Of a stretch of 64,000 bases of DNA, positions 18,619 through 27,715 are shown one piece after another; the first letter of the stretch is position 1, and each line of letters opens with the position of its first letter. The stretch is from NCBI GenBank assembly GCA_021841025.1, contig JAKBWA010000107.1:22674-86673 (forward strand), in the 5' to 3' direction. The translations under genes and the position numbers were made by a program. Source of the DNA: Bacillota bacterium (GTDB lineage: Bacteria > Bacillota > Sulfobacillia > Sulfobacillales > Sulfobacillaceae). The notes under the pieces were generated by a model. It was given only the letters and a program-made list of their open reading frames with translations, was not told where the DNA came from and ran no database searches.

Positions 18619-19602
18619 ATGAATGTAAGCCAAGTTATTGACAAATTGCGCGAATGGGATATCGGAATAGTAAGAATCAATGAGCCGTTATCCAAACATA
18701 CCTCCTTTCGAATTGGCGGGCCAGCCACGGTGTATGTCCAACCTGGTTCTGAGGCGCATTTGGTCAAGGTTTTAAACTGGATGGAAGAAAACGGCATTCC
18801 CTACTTCATTTTGGGACAGGGGACGAACATTCTTGTATCGGATCAAGGCGTTGACGCGGTTGTGATATCCACCTCCCGAGCACTGCGGGAGATGCGCGTA
18901 GAGGGTTTACGCATGACGGCCGGCACAGGTATTTTGTTGACCAAGTTGGCACACAAGGCGCGTCAGGCTGGATTGCAGGGACTGGAATTTGCTGTGAGTA
19001 TACCTGGAACATTAGGCGGAGCTTTGGTTATGAATGCGGGGGCGCACGGGTCGGAAATGGTTCAGGTGGTAGAGAGCGTTAAGATATGGGAGCCGGGTAG
19101 CGGATTGAGAATCCTCGCTGCGTCCGAGGCTGGTTTCTCCTATCGTAAAAGCTCATTTATGGAGAAGAGATGGATAGCCTTAGAGGCCAGTATGTTATTG
19201 CGACCGGGAGAATCCGAGTTGATTTTGAACACCATGCGTCAATTTATGAATTACCGAAAAAAGACACAACCTGTCGGCCATGCCAACGCAGGCAGTGTCT
19301 TCAAGAATCCGCAACCTGAATTTGCGGGGAGACTGATTGAGGATATTGGGGCCAAAGGCTGGCGCGTTGGTGACGCAATGGTGTCGCCAGTACACGCGAA
19401 TTTTATTGTGAACGGAGGGCGGGCTACCGCTCGTGATGTTCTTTCTTTGATGCGGCGGATTCGGTGCCATGTGTTCCAGCGTCACTCGATTTTGCTAAGG
19501 CCGGAAGTACGCTGGATTGGTCCAAGAGAGGGAGGAGGCGACGGAACATGGGAGAATTTGTGGTACGGGGAAGGCGCAGGCTTAAAGGAACCGTGCGAGT
19601 AA
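18619..19602 (+). CDS. murB: UDP-N-acetylenolpyruvoylglucosamine reductase MurB
   Basis: HTSFRIGGPA, GQGTNILVSD, IPGTLGGALVMNAGA, AGSVFKNP, HANFIVN, LRPEV. Confidence 0.95.
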   Translation: MNVSQVIDKLREWDIGIVRINEPLSKHTSFRIGGPATVYVQPGSEAHLVKVLNWMEENGIPYFILGQGTNILVSDQGVDAVVISTSRALREMRVEGLRMTAGTGILLTKLAHKARQAGLQGLEFAVSIPGTLGGALVMNAGAHGSEMVQVVESVKIWEPGSGLRILAASEAGFSYRKSSFMEKRWIALEASMLLRPGESELILNTMRQFMNYRKKTQPVGHANAGSVFKNPQPEFAGRLIEDIGAKGWRVGDAMVSPVHANFIVNGGRATARDVLSLMRRIRCHVFQRHSILLRPEVRWIGPREGGGDGTWENLWYGEGAGLKEPCE

Positions 19603-20804
19603 ACGGTGCCAAGAATTCGGCTTTGCCTATTATGGCAGCAACGGTTCTTGCGACTCGTCCCGTCATACTGCATGATGTTCCGGATTTACGGGATATTCGT
19701 GTCATGAGCCAAGTCCTCAGATCTTTAGGAGCCGAAGTGGAGCGGCACGGCACCGATGTTTTTGTTGATCCGCGAACTATTCATAACTATGTAGTGCCAG
19801 CGGAGTTAATGCAAGAAATGCGGGCGTCGGTTTTTTTGCTCGGACCTCTGCTGGCCCGATTGGGGTCGGCAGAAGCGACGCAGCCGGGGGGATGTGCCAT
19901 TGGGCAAAGACCGATTGATTTGCATCTGTATGCTTTAAAGCAATTAGGTGCACGGATTTGCGATGAAGAAGGACAAACGCTCTTGCGAACAGATAGGCTA
20001 GTGGGAAATGATGTGCACTTTCCCTTTCCTAGTGTAGGAGCAACTGAAAACGTGATGATGGCTGCTGCCATGGCCCATGGTGAAACCCATGTCCGAAATG
20101 CTGCCATGGAGCCAGAAATTGTTGACCTAGCCCAATTTCTCGAGAAGTTGGGAGCTGTTGTCAGGGGGGCAGGAACACCGGATATCCGTATTACCGGAAA
20201 TCAAAACCTCGGGGCGACGGAACATACCGTAATCGGGGATAGGATTGAAGCGGCAACTTTTGTTTTGGCTGTTGCGGGTGCTGGGGGGGATGTGGTGTTG
20301 CAAAATTGCATGGTCGATCATTTGCCGAGCCTGTGGAGTCGGCTTGAAGAGGTTGGGGTGCAGATCCAGGAGATCGATGCGGAAACCGTTCGGGTCGTCA
20401 GTGACGGGGTCTTTGAGCCACATCCCATTTCAATATCCACGGCTCCTTATCCCGGATTTGCAACGGATTTACAGCCGCAATTTATGAGTTTTCTGTTACA
20501 GGTTCCAGGGGTGCATCTGATTACGGAAAGAGTTTTTGAAAACCGTTTGGGACATGCTGCAGAACTCAGGCGCTTTGGAGCGCAAATTGTGGCCGATCAG
20601 CGTGTGGCTCTTATTTATGGAGGGCATCCGCTTTATGGAACTGTTGCGAATGCCCGAGACCTGAGGGCCGGAGCCGCTTTGATTAATGCGGGTTTAATTG
20701 CTCAAGGAGAGACTGTCGTGCGGGGACGGGAGATCATTGAACGGGGATATGAAAAACTTGACCACAGGCTGCGATCTTTAGGGGCTGATATCGTTGCTCG
20801 ATGA
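19548..20804 (+). CDS. murA: UDP-N-acetylglucosamine 1-carboxyvinyltransferase MurA
   Basis: GAKNSALP, PGGCAIGQRPIDLH (catalytic Cys), SVGATEN, DRIEAAT, DLRAGAAL; SD GGAGG before ATG 19548. Confidence 0.94.
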   Translation: MGEFVVRGRRRLKGTVRVNGAKNSALPIMAATVLATRPVILHDVPDLRDIRVMSQVLRSLGAEVERHGTDVFVDPRTIHNYVVPAELMQEMRASVFLLGPLLARLGSAEATQPGGCAIGQRPIDLHLYALKQLGARICDEEGQTLLRTDRLVGNDVHFPFPSVGATENVMMAAAMAHGETHVRNAAMEPEIVDLAQFLEKLGAVVRGAGTPDIRITGNQNLGATEHTVIGDRIEAATFVLAVAGAGGDVVLQNCMVDHLPSLWSRLEEVGVQIQEIDAETVRVVSDGVFEPHPISISTAPYPGFATDLQPQFMSFLLQVPGVHLITERVFENRLGHAAELRRFGAQIVADQRVALIYGGHPLYGTVANARDLRAGAALINAGLIAQGETVVRGREIIERGYEKLDHRLRSLGADIVAR

Positions 20805-21025
20805 GTGGTTATAGCCGGGACTTTGCTTATGGTCGCAAGGGCAATGAAGCAGAGAAAGGAATGGACGTATTTTAATCTTTAGGGAATGAAACGAGATTTG
20901 TCGGGCGAGCTAAAGTGGATTCAGACAATTTTCTCTTATTCTGATTGCAGAATGCAGGAATATGGGCTAGCGAACGAGAAAAGAAAAAAAGAACTATCGT
21001 CGATATTAGGTTTCGGAGGTGTAAC

Positions 21026-22222
21026 GTGCCTAAACGCAGTCTGATGCTTGCACTTGACGTCGGAACCACCAAGGTGTCCGCATTAGTTGCGGAGGCCAAG
21101 GCAGATGGGGAACTGGCTGTGTTAGGAATCGCAGCAACTCCTGTTGTCGGGATGCGCCGAGGATTGGTGTTTGAACTTGAGCGCGTTGCTCTAGCTATAA
21201 GGGATGCTGCCAACCGGGCCAATAGCATGGCCGGAACTTCCTTGACTCAGGCAGGCGTGGCAATCAATGGGGAGCATCTGATGTTGGTTCCGGGTCAGGC
21301 TAAGATTGCACTAAAAGCGGGAGTGATTCGTCAGGAGGATCTCCAACAAGTGATGGGCAAAGCCGCTCATGTTTCTATGGAGAATGATCGGGAAGTTGTT
21401 CGTGTGATTCGCCGAGGAATTGCTGTTGACGGATTTCGTGGCGTGGTAGATCCTGTAGGTATGGTTGCTCACACCCTGGAAGCCGATGTTTTTGTTGTAT
21501 CGGGTCTGAACACAGTTATTCGGAATCTGCGCCATGTGATCAGTATCGCGGGACTGGGTGTTTCCAGTTTTGTTCCTACTCCTGAGGCCTCTGCCAAGGG
21601 CGTCCTCTCGGACGATGAAAAACAAGTGGGGGTTGTTCATCTTGACGTTGGAGGGGGAACCACCGGCGTTTGTGTGTACCGGGGGGGTCATTTACAGCAC
21701 CTCGGCGTTGTTCCTTTAGGAGGTGAATCTATCACTGCAGATTTGTCGATGGGCCTTGGGGTTGTTCCGACTCAAGCTGAACGGCTAAAATTGGAACATG
21801 CTGCCGTCGGGTCGGAGCGAGAGGGTACGCTCGAGGTGCGGGCAGTCAGTGGCCAAGCTGTCAAGTTAATTCCCCTAAAAGAACTTCAAGAGATTGTTGC
21901 TGCTCGTATCGACGAATGGACGGATTATGTTGAAAAACAACTGCAAAAGATTGAATGGACTAAGGGCCCAGCAGCTGGTGTGGTGATGACGGGCGGGGGC
22001 TCATTGCTCAAAGGACTGGATTCACATTTGCATGCCAGGTGGGGCTGGCCAATTCGTATAGGCGCTCCTTATGGCCTAGGAGGATTGTCCGACCTTTCGA
22101 AGAGCCCTGGATACGCCGCCGTGGTCGGGGTAGCGAAAGCTATGGCGCAACACAAGTTGGTACCGGAACAAAAGACATGGCGGCGCCGGATTTTACAATT
22201 TTGGGTGAGCTTGTGGGGATAA
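21026..22222 (+). CDS. ftsA: Cell division protein FtsA
   Basis: LDVGTTKV, DVGGGTT, GGESITADL, MTGGGSLL; SD GGAGGT before GTG 21026. Confidence 0.93.
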   Translation: MPKRSLMLALDVGTTKVSALVAEAKADGELAVLGIAATPVVGMRRGLVFELERVALAIRDAANRANSMAGTSLTQAGVAINGEHLMLVPGQAKIALKAGVIRQEDLQQVMGKAAHVSMENDREVVRVIRRGIAVDGFRGVVDPVGMVAHTLEADVFVVSGLNTVIRNLRHVISIAGLGVSSFVPTPEASAKGVLSDDEKQVGVVHLDVGGGTTGVCVYRGGHLQHLGVVPLGGESITADLSMGLGVVPTQAERLKLEHAAVGSEREGTLEVRAVSGQAVKLIPLKELQEIVAARIDEWTDYVEKQLQKIEWTKGPAAGVVMTGGGSLLKGLDSHLHARWGWPIRIGAPYGLGGLSDLSKSPGYAAVVGVAKAMAQHKLVPEQKTWRRRILQFWVSLWG

Positions 22223-22255
22223 ACCAAGTGTATTCGGATATAGGGAGGATTTGGC

Positions 22256-23323
22256 ATGCTGGAATTTGATCAATCGGCTGAGAACTTTGCCGTCATTAAG
22301 GTTATTGGGGTTGGGGGGGGCGGAACTAATGCGGTCAACCGAATGATCCAGGCCGGATTAAAAGGTGTAGAGTTTATTGCAATCAATACTGATGCTCAGG
22401 CTTTATCTTTATCGATGGCCCCCACCCGGCTTCAGGTAGGAACAAAGCTGACGAAGGGACTAGGAGCTGGAGCTAATCCCGAAATCGGCGCGAAAGCTGC
22501 TGAAGAAAGTCGTGAGCAAATTAGCGATGCCTTAAAAGGGGCCGACATGGTTTTTATTACGGCGGGAATGGGCGGAGGCACAGGAACTGGTGCCGCACCC
22601 ATTGTCGCTGAGGTAGCTAAAGAAGTCGGGGCCCTGGCTGTTGGAGTCGTCACTAAACCTTTCACCTTTGAAGGACGAAGACGTCAGACTTTCGCTGAAA
22701 AAGGCGCGGCAACCTTGAAATCTAAAGTGGATACGTTAATTACCATTCCCAATGATCGTTTGCTTCAAGTCGTGGAAAAACGCACATCGATCATGGAAGC
22801 ATTTCGGATTGCTGATGATGTTTTGCGTCAGGGCGTTCAAGGGATCTCGGATCTTATTGCCGTACCGGGTTTGATTAATCTCGACTTTGCCGATGTTAAG
22901 ACGATTATGTCTGAGATGGGCTCAGCACTCATGGGTGTGGGTGTGAGCCAGGGCGAGAGCCGGGCATCAGCTGCGGCTAAGGCCGCTATTTCCAGTCCTT
23001 TGCTGGAGACTAGCATCGACGGTGCCAGGGGTGTCTTGCTGAATATTACCGGGGGAAATGACTTGGCTCTGTTTGAAGTAAACGAGGCGGCTGAAATTGT
23101 GATTCAGGCAGCCGATCCCGAAGCCAACATCATTTTTGGTGCCGTGATCGACGAAAGTTTGAAAGACGAAGTGCGTGTTACCGTGATTGCTACGGGATTC
23201 TCAGGCGATCGCATAACGCCTCGTCCTGAACCTGAAATGCGTGAACGTGAAGAAGTCGAAATCAAACCCTTTACCAACAACGACGACCTGGATATTCCGG
23301 CATTTCTGCGGCGAAGAAATTAA
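22256..23323 (+). CDS. ftsZ: Cell division protein FtsZ
   Basis: GGGTGTG tubulin signature, NLDFADV, C-terminal [10 protein letters not shown]. Confidence 0.99.
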   Translation: MLEFDQSAENFAVIKVIGVGGGGTNAVNRMIQAGLKGVEFIAINTDAQALSLSMAPTRLQVGTKLTKGLGAGANPEIGAKAAEESREQISDALKGADMVFITAGMGGGTGTGAAPIVAEVAKEVGALAVGVVTKPFTFEGRRRQTFAEKGAATLKSKVDTLITIPNDRLLQVVEKRTSIMEAFRIADDVLRQGVQGISDLIAVPGLINLDFADVKTIMSEMGSALMGVGVSQGESRASAAAKAAISSPLLETSIDGARGVLLNITGGNDLALFEVNEAAEIVIQAADPEANIIFGAVIDESLKDEVRVTVIATGFSGDRITPRPEPEMREREEVEIKPFTNNDDLDIPAFLRRRN

Positions 23324-23364
23324 TCATCGGCCATGGCCTATGGCACCTAAGCAAGACTGCAGCC

Positions 23365-23402
23365 AAGAGGGGGCATCTTCATTTGAAGATGGCTCCTTTT
23401 TT
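23365..23402 (+). terminator. Intrinsic terminator after ftsZ
   Basis: CATCTTC-ATTT-GAAGATG core stem extended by G-rich/C-rich arms, followed by a T run. Confidence 0.75.
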
Positions 23403-23547
23403 GTCGGCAACTTTTTAAGTTAATTCCAGTAAACTGACAGCCTTTGCACTCTTTGGTCCTTAAAATACTGCACGTCAGACATACCTTGCACCTGAAATGC
23501 ATAGTCATTTGATGGGTTTTTATTAAATGCCTCAAGGGGATGAGCCT

Positions 23548-24420
23548 ATGATCAGTGCAGTCGGCACGTTAACTGTGAGTTATGTCATGGACTGGTCGCT
23601 GTTACGGCTAACGGTGGTTCTTTTAGACCGCCACCCCCGTTTGTGGCGATTGGCATTGGCTGCCGCAGCGGGCACGCTGCCAACCTTGTGGGTTTTGTTG
23701 ACGGAAAATTTTTACGCAGTTCCTTGGGAAGTGATGGTTTTATGGCCCTTTATTATGCTTCTGATTGCGCTGGAGAGACTGTCGTGGCGCGTGTGGGTCA
23801 AGGCATATGGTGTGTTTCTAGTCCTAACCATTCTTTCTGGGGGATTAGCTTTGGTGGTGTTAACGTGGGGGCCACGATTGCTTTTACCTTCGTGGGTCTT
23901 ACTGGGAACCACAGTGCCAACCTTCTTGTGGGCAGCCGGGAATTTTCTGCCTCGAGGGCGAATTCGTCAGTATTTGGGGATATCCCAATATGGCGAGGTC
24001 CGCTTGGTGCTCGCCAATAAAACGCTCACCGTCCGCTGTCTATGGGATTCCGGGAACCGGATGCGAGATCCGGTGTTGCGCCGACCAGTCATTGTTCTGG
24101 AAGTGAACAAGGCTATTGAATGGTTGCCAAGCCCTGTTTTGGCATGGGCTTCATCCTTTTTGGCTGGCAATCCCACCGCTGTTCCTGAACAATGGCAAGG
24201 ACGTTTGGGAAGTGTTCGGTATCAGTCGATTGGTGGACAAGGAATGTTGCCAGTTGTTGCTTTGGATAAAGGCCAGGGGCGCTTCCAGGGTAAGTGGTAT
24301 TCTTTGAGACCTGTGACATTGGCTTTGACGAATGCCAGCGTGTCGGCAGAGGGTTCGTATTTTGCTCTAGTGTCACCAGATTGCATCGTCACATTAAATC
24401 ATGAAGGGGTGGGTGCATGA
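23548..24420 (+). CDS. spoIIGA: Pro-sigma-E processing aspartic protease SpoIIGA
   Basis: Multi-TM N-terminus, DSGN catalytic motif ([10 protein letters not shown]), directly upstream of sigE; start uncertain (23527 or 23548). Confidence 0.85.
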   Translation: MISAVGTLTVSYVMDWSLLRLTVVLLDRHPRLWRLALAAAAGTLPTLWVLLTENFYAVPWEVMVLWPFIMLLIALERLSWRVWVKAYGVFLVLTILSGGLALVVLTWGPRLLLPSWVLLGTTVPTFLWAAGNFLPRGRIRQYLGISQYGEVRLVLANKTLTVRCLWDSGNRMRDPVLRRPVIVLEVNKAIEWLPSPVLAWASSFLAGNPTAVPEQWQGRLGSVRYQSIGGQGMLPVVALDKGQGRFQGKWYSLRPVTLALTNASVSAEGSYFALVSPDCIVTLNHEGVGA

Positions 24421-25160
24421 TTGCACAATGGCAAGCGCAGCAAAATCCGACGTGGTTTAACCGTGTTCGTCGGTTCTTGTCATCGATTTTGGTTGTGGAT
24501 CCTTCGGATGTCGAAATTCATTATGTGGGTTCCAGTGAGGCTCTGCCACCGCCCCTGACCGGAGACGAGGAAGCCAATTTGCTTTCATTGCTGGGGAGCG
24601 GGGAAGACAGGGTACGCTCGGTGTTAATCGAACGAAATTTGCGTCTAGTGGTCTATATTGCACGCAAGTTCGAAAACACCGGAATTGGGATCGAGGATTT
24701 AGTGTCTATTGGAGCCATTGGATTAATTAAAGCCGTGAATACGTTTAATGTCGACAAGAAAATCAAGTTGGCCACGTATGCTTCTAAGTGCATTGAGAAC
24801 GAGATTTTGATGTACTTGCGTCGGAATTCCCGGACTCGGTCGGAAGTATCGTTTGATGAGCCCTTAAATGTGGATTGGGACGGCAATGAGCTACTATTGT
24901 CCGATGTTCTGGGTACGGAAAATGATATCATTTATAAGCGGCTTGAGGATGAAGTCGATAAGTCTATGCTCAAGAGGGCGTTAAACAAACTCAACACTCG
25001 AGAAAGACGCATTATGGAATTACGTTTCGGACTGGTGGATGGGTATGAAAGAACGCAAAAAGAGGTGGCAGATTCCCTGGGAATCAGCCAGTCCTATATC
25101 TCCCGATTAGAAAAACGCATTATTAAGAGATTACGTCGGGAATTTCACCGCATGGAGTAA
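24417..25160 (+). CDS. sigE: Sporulation sigma factor pro-sigma-E
   Basis: Pro-sequence then [57 protein letters not shown]. Confidence 0.97.
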   Translation: MIAQWQAQQNPTWFNRVRRFLSSILVVDPSDVEIHYVGSSEALPPPLTGDEEANLLSLLGSGEDRVRSVLIERNLRLVVYIARKFENTGIGIEDLVSIGAIGLIKAVNTFNVDKKIKLATYASKCIENEILMYLRRNSRTRSEVSFDEPLNVDWDGNELLLSDVLGTENDIIYKRLEDEVDKSMLKRALNKLNTRERRIMELRFGLVDGYERTQKEVADSLGISQSYISRLEKRIIKRLRREFHRME

Positions 25161-25188
25161 TGCAACACAACTTAGCTAGATTTCATCT

Positions 25189-25227
25189 TCCGGTATATGC
25201 CATAAATTGGCATATACCGGATTTTTT
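25189..25227 (+). terminator. Strong intrinsic terminator between sigE and sigG
   Basis: Perfect CCGGTATATGCCA-TAAAT-TGGCATATACCGG stem, then ATTTTTT. Confidence 0.8.
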
Positions 25228-25229
25228 GC

Positions 25230-25259
25230 GTATATCCTTTGTCTCCTTTGGTGATACTG
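25230..25259 (+). promoter_or_regulatory. Sigma-F/G-type promoter of sigG
   Basis: GTATA, 15 bp, GGTGATACTG; fits the GYWTA-N15-GGnrAnAnT sigma-F consensus. Confidence 0.75.
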
Positions 25260-25299
25260 CCATTGAAGTCGGTCAAGCCCGGGGAGGAATACAATCTAT

Positions 25300-26073
25300 A
25301 TGCCACTGAATAAAGTCGAAATCCCTGGTGTCAACACATCCAAACTGCCGGTACTTGCCAATGCCCGAATGCGGGAATTGTTTTTGGCCATGCAAGCCGG
25401 CGATGAAGGAGCGCGCAGTGAACTTATCAATGGCAATCTCCGTTTAGTTTTGTCTGTCATTCAGCGGTTTCAAAACCGTGGAGAACATAGCGACGATCTC
25501 TTTCAAGTCGGGTGTATCGGTTTGATGAAGGCCATCGACAACTTCGATTTGGCGCAAAATGTGAAATTCTCCACCTATGCGGTACCGATGATTATTGGTG
25601 AAATTCGGCGCTATTTGCGAGACAACAATCCGATTCGAGTCAGTCGGTCCTTGCGTGATATCGCGTATAAGGCGCTGCAGGTGCGTGATGGATTGGTGCA
25701 CCGCTATTCTAAGGAACCAACGATCAGTGAAATTGCGGAAGAACTTAGTGTGCCGCGTGAAGATGTTCTCTACGCACTCGACGCAATTCAAGAGCCAGTT
25801 TCTTTGTTTGAGCCGATTTATCATGATGCCGGCGATCCCATTTTCGTTATGGATCAAATCAGTGATGAGAGAAATCATGATAAAAACTGGCTGGAAAGTC
25901 TGGCTATTCGAGAAGCCATGAAGCGACTTACGAAGCGCGAAAAGATGATTCTCACCATGCGGTTTTTCGAGGGCAAAACGCAAATGGAAGTAGCGGATGA
26001 AATTGGCATCAGTCAGGCCCAAGTGTCCAGATTGGAAAAGGCGGCATTAAAAAATATGAGGAAATATATCTGA
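25300..26073 (+). CDS. sigG: Sporulation sigma factor sigma-G
   Basis: NKVEIPGVNTSKLPVL, GNLRLVLSVIQRF, DDLFQVGCIGL, YAVPMIIGEIRRYLRDN, ISQAQVSRLEK. Confidence 0.97.
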   Translation: MPLNKVEIPGVNTSKLPVLANARMRELFLAMQAGDEGARSELINGNLRLVLSVIQRFQNRGEHSDDLFQVGCIGLMKAIDNFDLAQNVKFSTYAVPMIIGEIRRYLRDNNPIRVSRSLRDIAYKALQVRDGLVHRYSKEPTISEIAEELSVPREDVLYALDAIQEPVSLFEPIYHDAGDPIFVMDQISDERNHDKNWLESLAIREAMKRLTKREKMILTMRFFEGKTQMEVADEIGISQAQVSRLEKAALKNMRKYI

Positions 26074-26786
26074 TGATGGGAGTTAGACGGTTTGTGATTA
26101 GTCTATTGATGATGAACTTGCTGGGGATGCCACTGGGGGTCCAGGGGGTTGGCTCCTTTGTCCATAAAACCAGTCAACAGCTTCATTCTAGACAAGCCCA
26201 TATCCGTCCTCCACACGTGATTCGCTTTCGCGTCATTGCCAATTCTGACAATCCTGTGGATCAAGCGGTAAAACTAGATGTCAGAGACCGGGTCCTTGCT
26301 CAATTGGAGCCGTTATTGAGTCACGTGAAAACGCGCCAAGAGGCACAGCAGGTCATCAAAAGTCACGAAAAGGCGATTGCTCGTGCCGCCAATCAGGTTC
26401 TTTTAGTCAACCACGTCTCCTACCGTGCTCACGTCAAGTTTACCAAGACCAAATTTCCCACAAAAGTGTATGGGACATGGGTATTGCCTGCAGGACAATA
26501 CCAAGCCCTTTTGATCATTCTCGGAAAAGGCCAGGGGCATAACTGGTGGTGTGTGCTATTTCCATCCTTATGCTTTATCGATATGAGCAACGCCGTGGCC
26601 ATTCCACAAACGCGGCCCCAGGGTCAGGCCACGGTGGAGAAACCGGTTACTCACATGAAGGAGCAGCTTCCCATCCCCGCAGTCCCTGTCAAAGTTCCTC
26701 CTTCCCCCCGTGCCGCGCCCTCTGGCCGCTTGCGTGTCAATTGGTCTTTGCCTCGCGCTGTCAATCATCTCCTCGGCTGGATGTAA
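26073..26786 (+). CDS. spoIIR: Stage II sporulation protein R
   Basis: Signal peptide; IRFRVIANSD..DQAVKLDVRD, FPTKVYG..LPAGQY, GQGHNWWCVLFPSLCF. Confidence 0.93.
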   Translation: MMGVRRFVISLLMMNLLGMPLGVQGVGSFVHKTSQQLHSRQAHIRPPHVIRFRVIANSDNPVDQAVKLDVRDRVLAQLEPLLSHVKTRQEAQQVIKSHEKAIARAANQVLLVNHVSYRAHVKFTKTKFPTKVYGTWVLPAGQYQALLIILGKGQGHNWWCVLFPSLCFIDMSNAVAIPQTRPQGQATVEKPVTHMKEQLPIPAVPVKVPPSPRAAPSGRLRVNWSLPRAVNHLLGWM

Positions 26787-26803
26787 TCGGCAGACCTCTT
26801 TTC

Positions 26804-26832
26804 GTCTAACGTGATTGTGCTTCTCATAAGGT
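26804..26832 (+). promoter_or_regulatory. Possible sigma-E promoter of ylmC
   Basis: GTCTAA, 15 bp, CATAAGGT (CATAnnnT). Confidence 0.45.
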
Positions 26833-26844
26833 ATAACGGGAGGA

Positions 26845-27105
26845 ATGCCCATGCTGAAAACCTCCGAATTGCGGACGAAAGACGTGGTGAATGTCACGGA
26901 TGGCCGCCGATTAGGATTTGTTGGGGACTTGGAGTTGGACCTTGAGCACGGCCATATTAAATCTGTCGTTGTTCTCGGATCCAGCCATTTATTAGGGTTG
27001 TTTGGCCGTGAACGCAGCACGGTCATTAACTGGGACCAGATCCGCAAAATTGGCCAGGATGTGATCTTGGTAGAATTACAGCCATCGTCAAACGCTGAGA
27101 ATTGA
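26845..27105 (+). CDS. ylmC: YlmC/YmxH family PRC-barrel sporulation protein
   Basis: LKTSELRTKDVVNVTDGRRLG..DLELD, INWDQIRKIGQDVILV. Confidence 0.93.
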   Translation: MPMLKTSELRTKDVVNVTDGRRLGFVGDLELDLEHGHIKSVVVLGSSHLLGLFGRERSTVINWDQIRKIGQDVILVELQPSSNAEN

Positions 27106-27130
27106 AGTGCTATTCCACAAATGTAATGTG

Positions 27131-27298
27131 GTGGCCCGTTTGAAATCATGAGTTTGGGATGTTTGTTAGCCGATCGCCTCTGAACACTAGGACCGGTTGG
27201 TCCCTTTCGGCTGAGAGGGAATCAACCGGCCTCGTTCGCCCATGATTTAGTGTTCGCGTTAGCATGGCCAACAACCTCCACAGAAGACCAGCCACGGG
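27131..27298. ncRNA. Candidate structured RNA of unknown class (long imperfect rod)
   Basis: Nested stems GAACACTA/TAGTGTTC, CCGGTTG/CAACCGG, TCCCT/AGGGA, GTTAGCC/GGCCAAC in a non-coding gap. Confidence 0.35.
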
Positions 27299-27715
27299 AA
27301 AAGTCGCTAAAGACCGGTATGACCTGAAGAGTGAACTCATGAGTCCATCAGCGGTTTCGCGTTCGGGTTGTAAGTGTGGCGGCGTGAATTTCTCAATTCT
27401 GAACCTGATCAAATCGGAGGTAACGTCCTATAAGGCGTTATGCGTGGAAAGATAAAAATCGAGTTTGTGAGGGCTGATCCCCACTGGCAAATGAGTTCCA
27501 GGATTTGGCCTTATGAGAAGAGAAACCCTGAAGTTCTCCTTTGCTTTAGAAGAGGCTGTATTGGTTGAAGAGAATTCTCGCCTTTGATTCTCTGTGCCCT
27601 GGGATTTTACCCGCCTTTCACCTGAAGATAGATTCCTAAGCTATGTTAAAATGAATTTACGGTACCGATTTAGCCTGTGGTTGCGTGGGAATTTGAGTAG
27701 GAAGGCAGGGCTTCG

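Noticed and set aside
27211-27410. TPP riboswitch fragments CTGAGA (27211) and TGAACCTGATC (27400)
   Set aside because: The motifs are ~190 nt apart rather than adjacent, the GCGNAGGGA 3' element is missing, and the downstream gene is not thiamine-related
27106-27715. OLE RNA or another known large ncRNA, suggested by the ~610-bp gap
   Set aside because: OLE RNA lies between ispA and oapA, neither of which is here; no RNase P, tmRNA or SRP signature motifs
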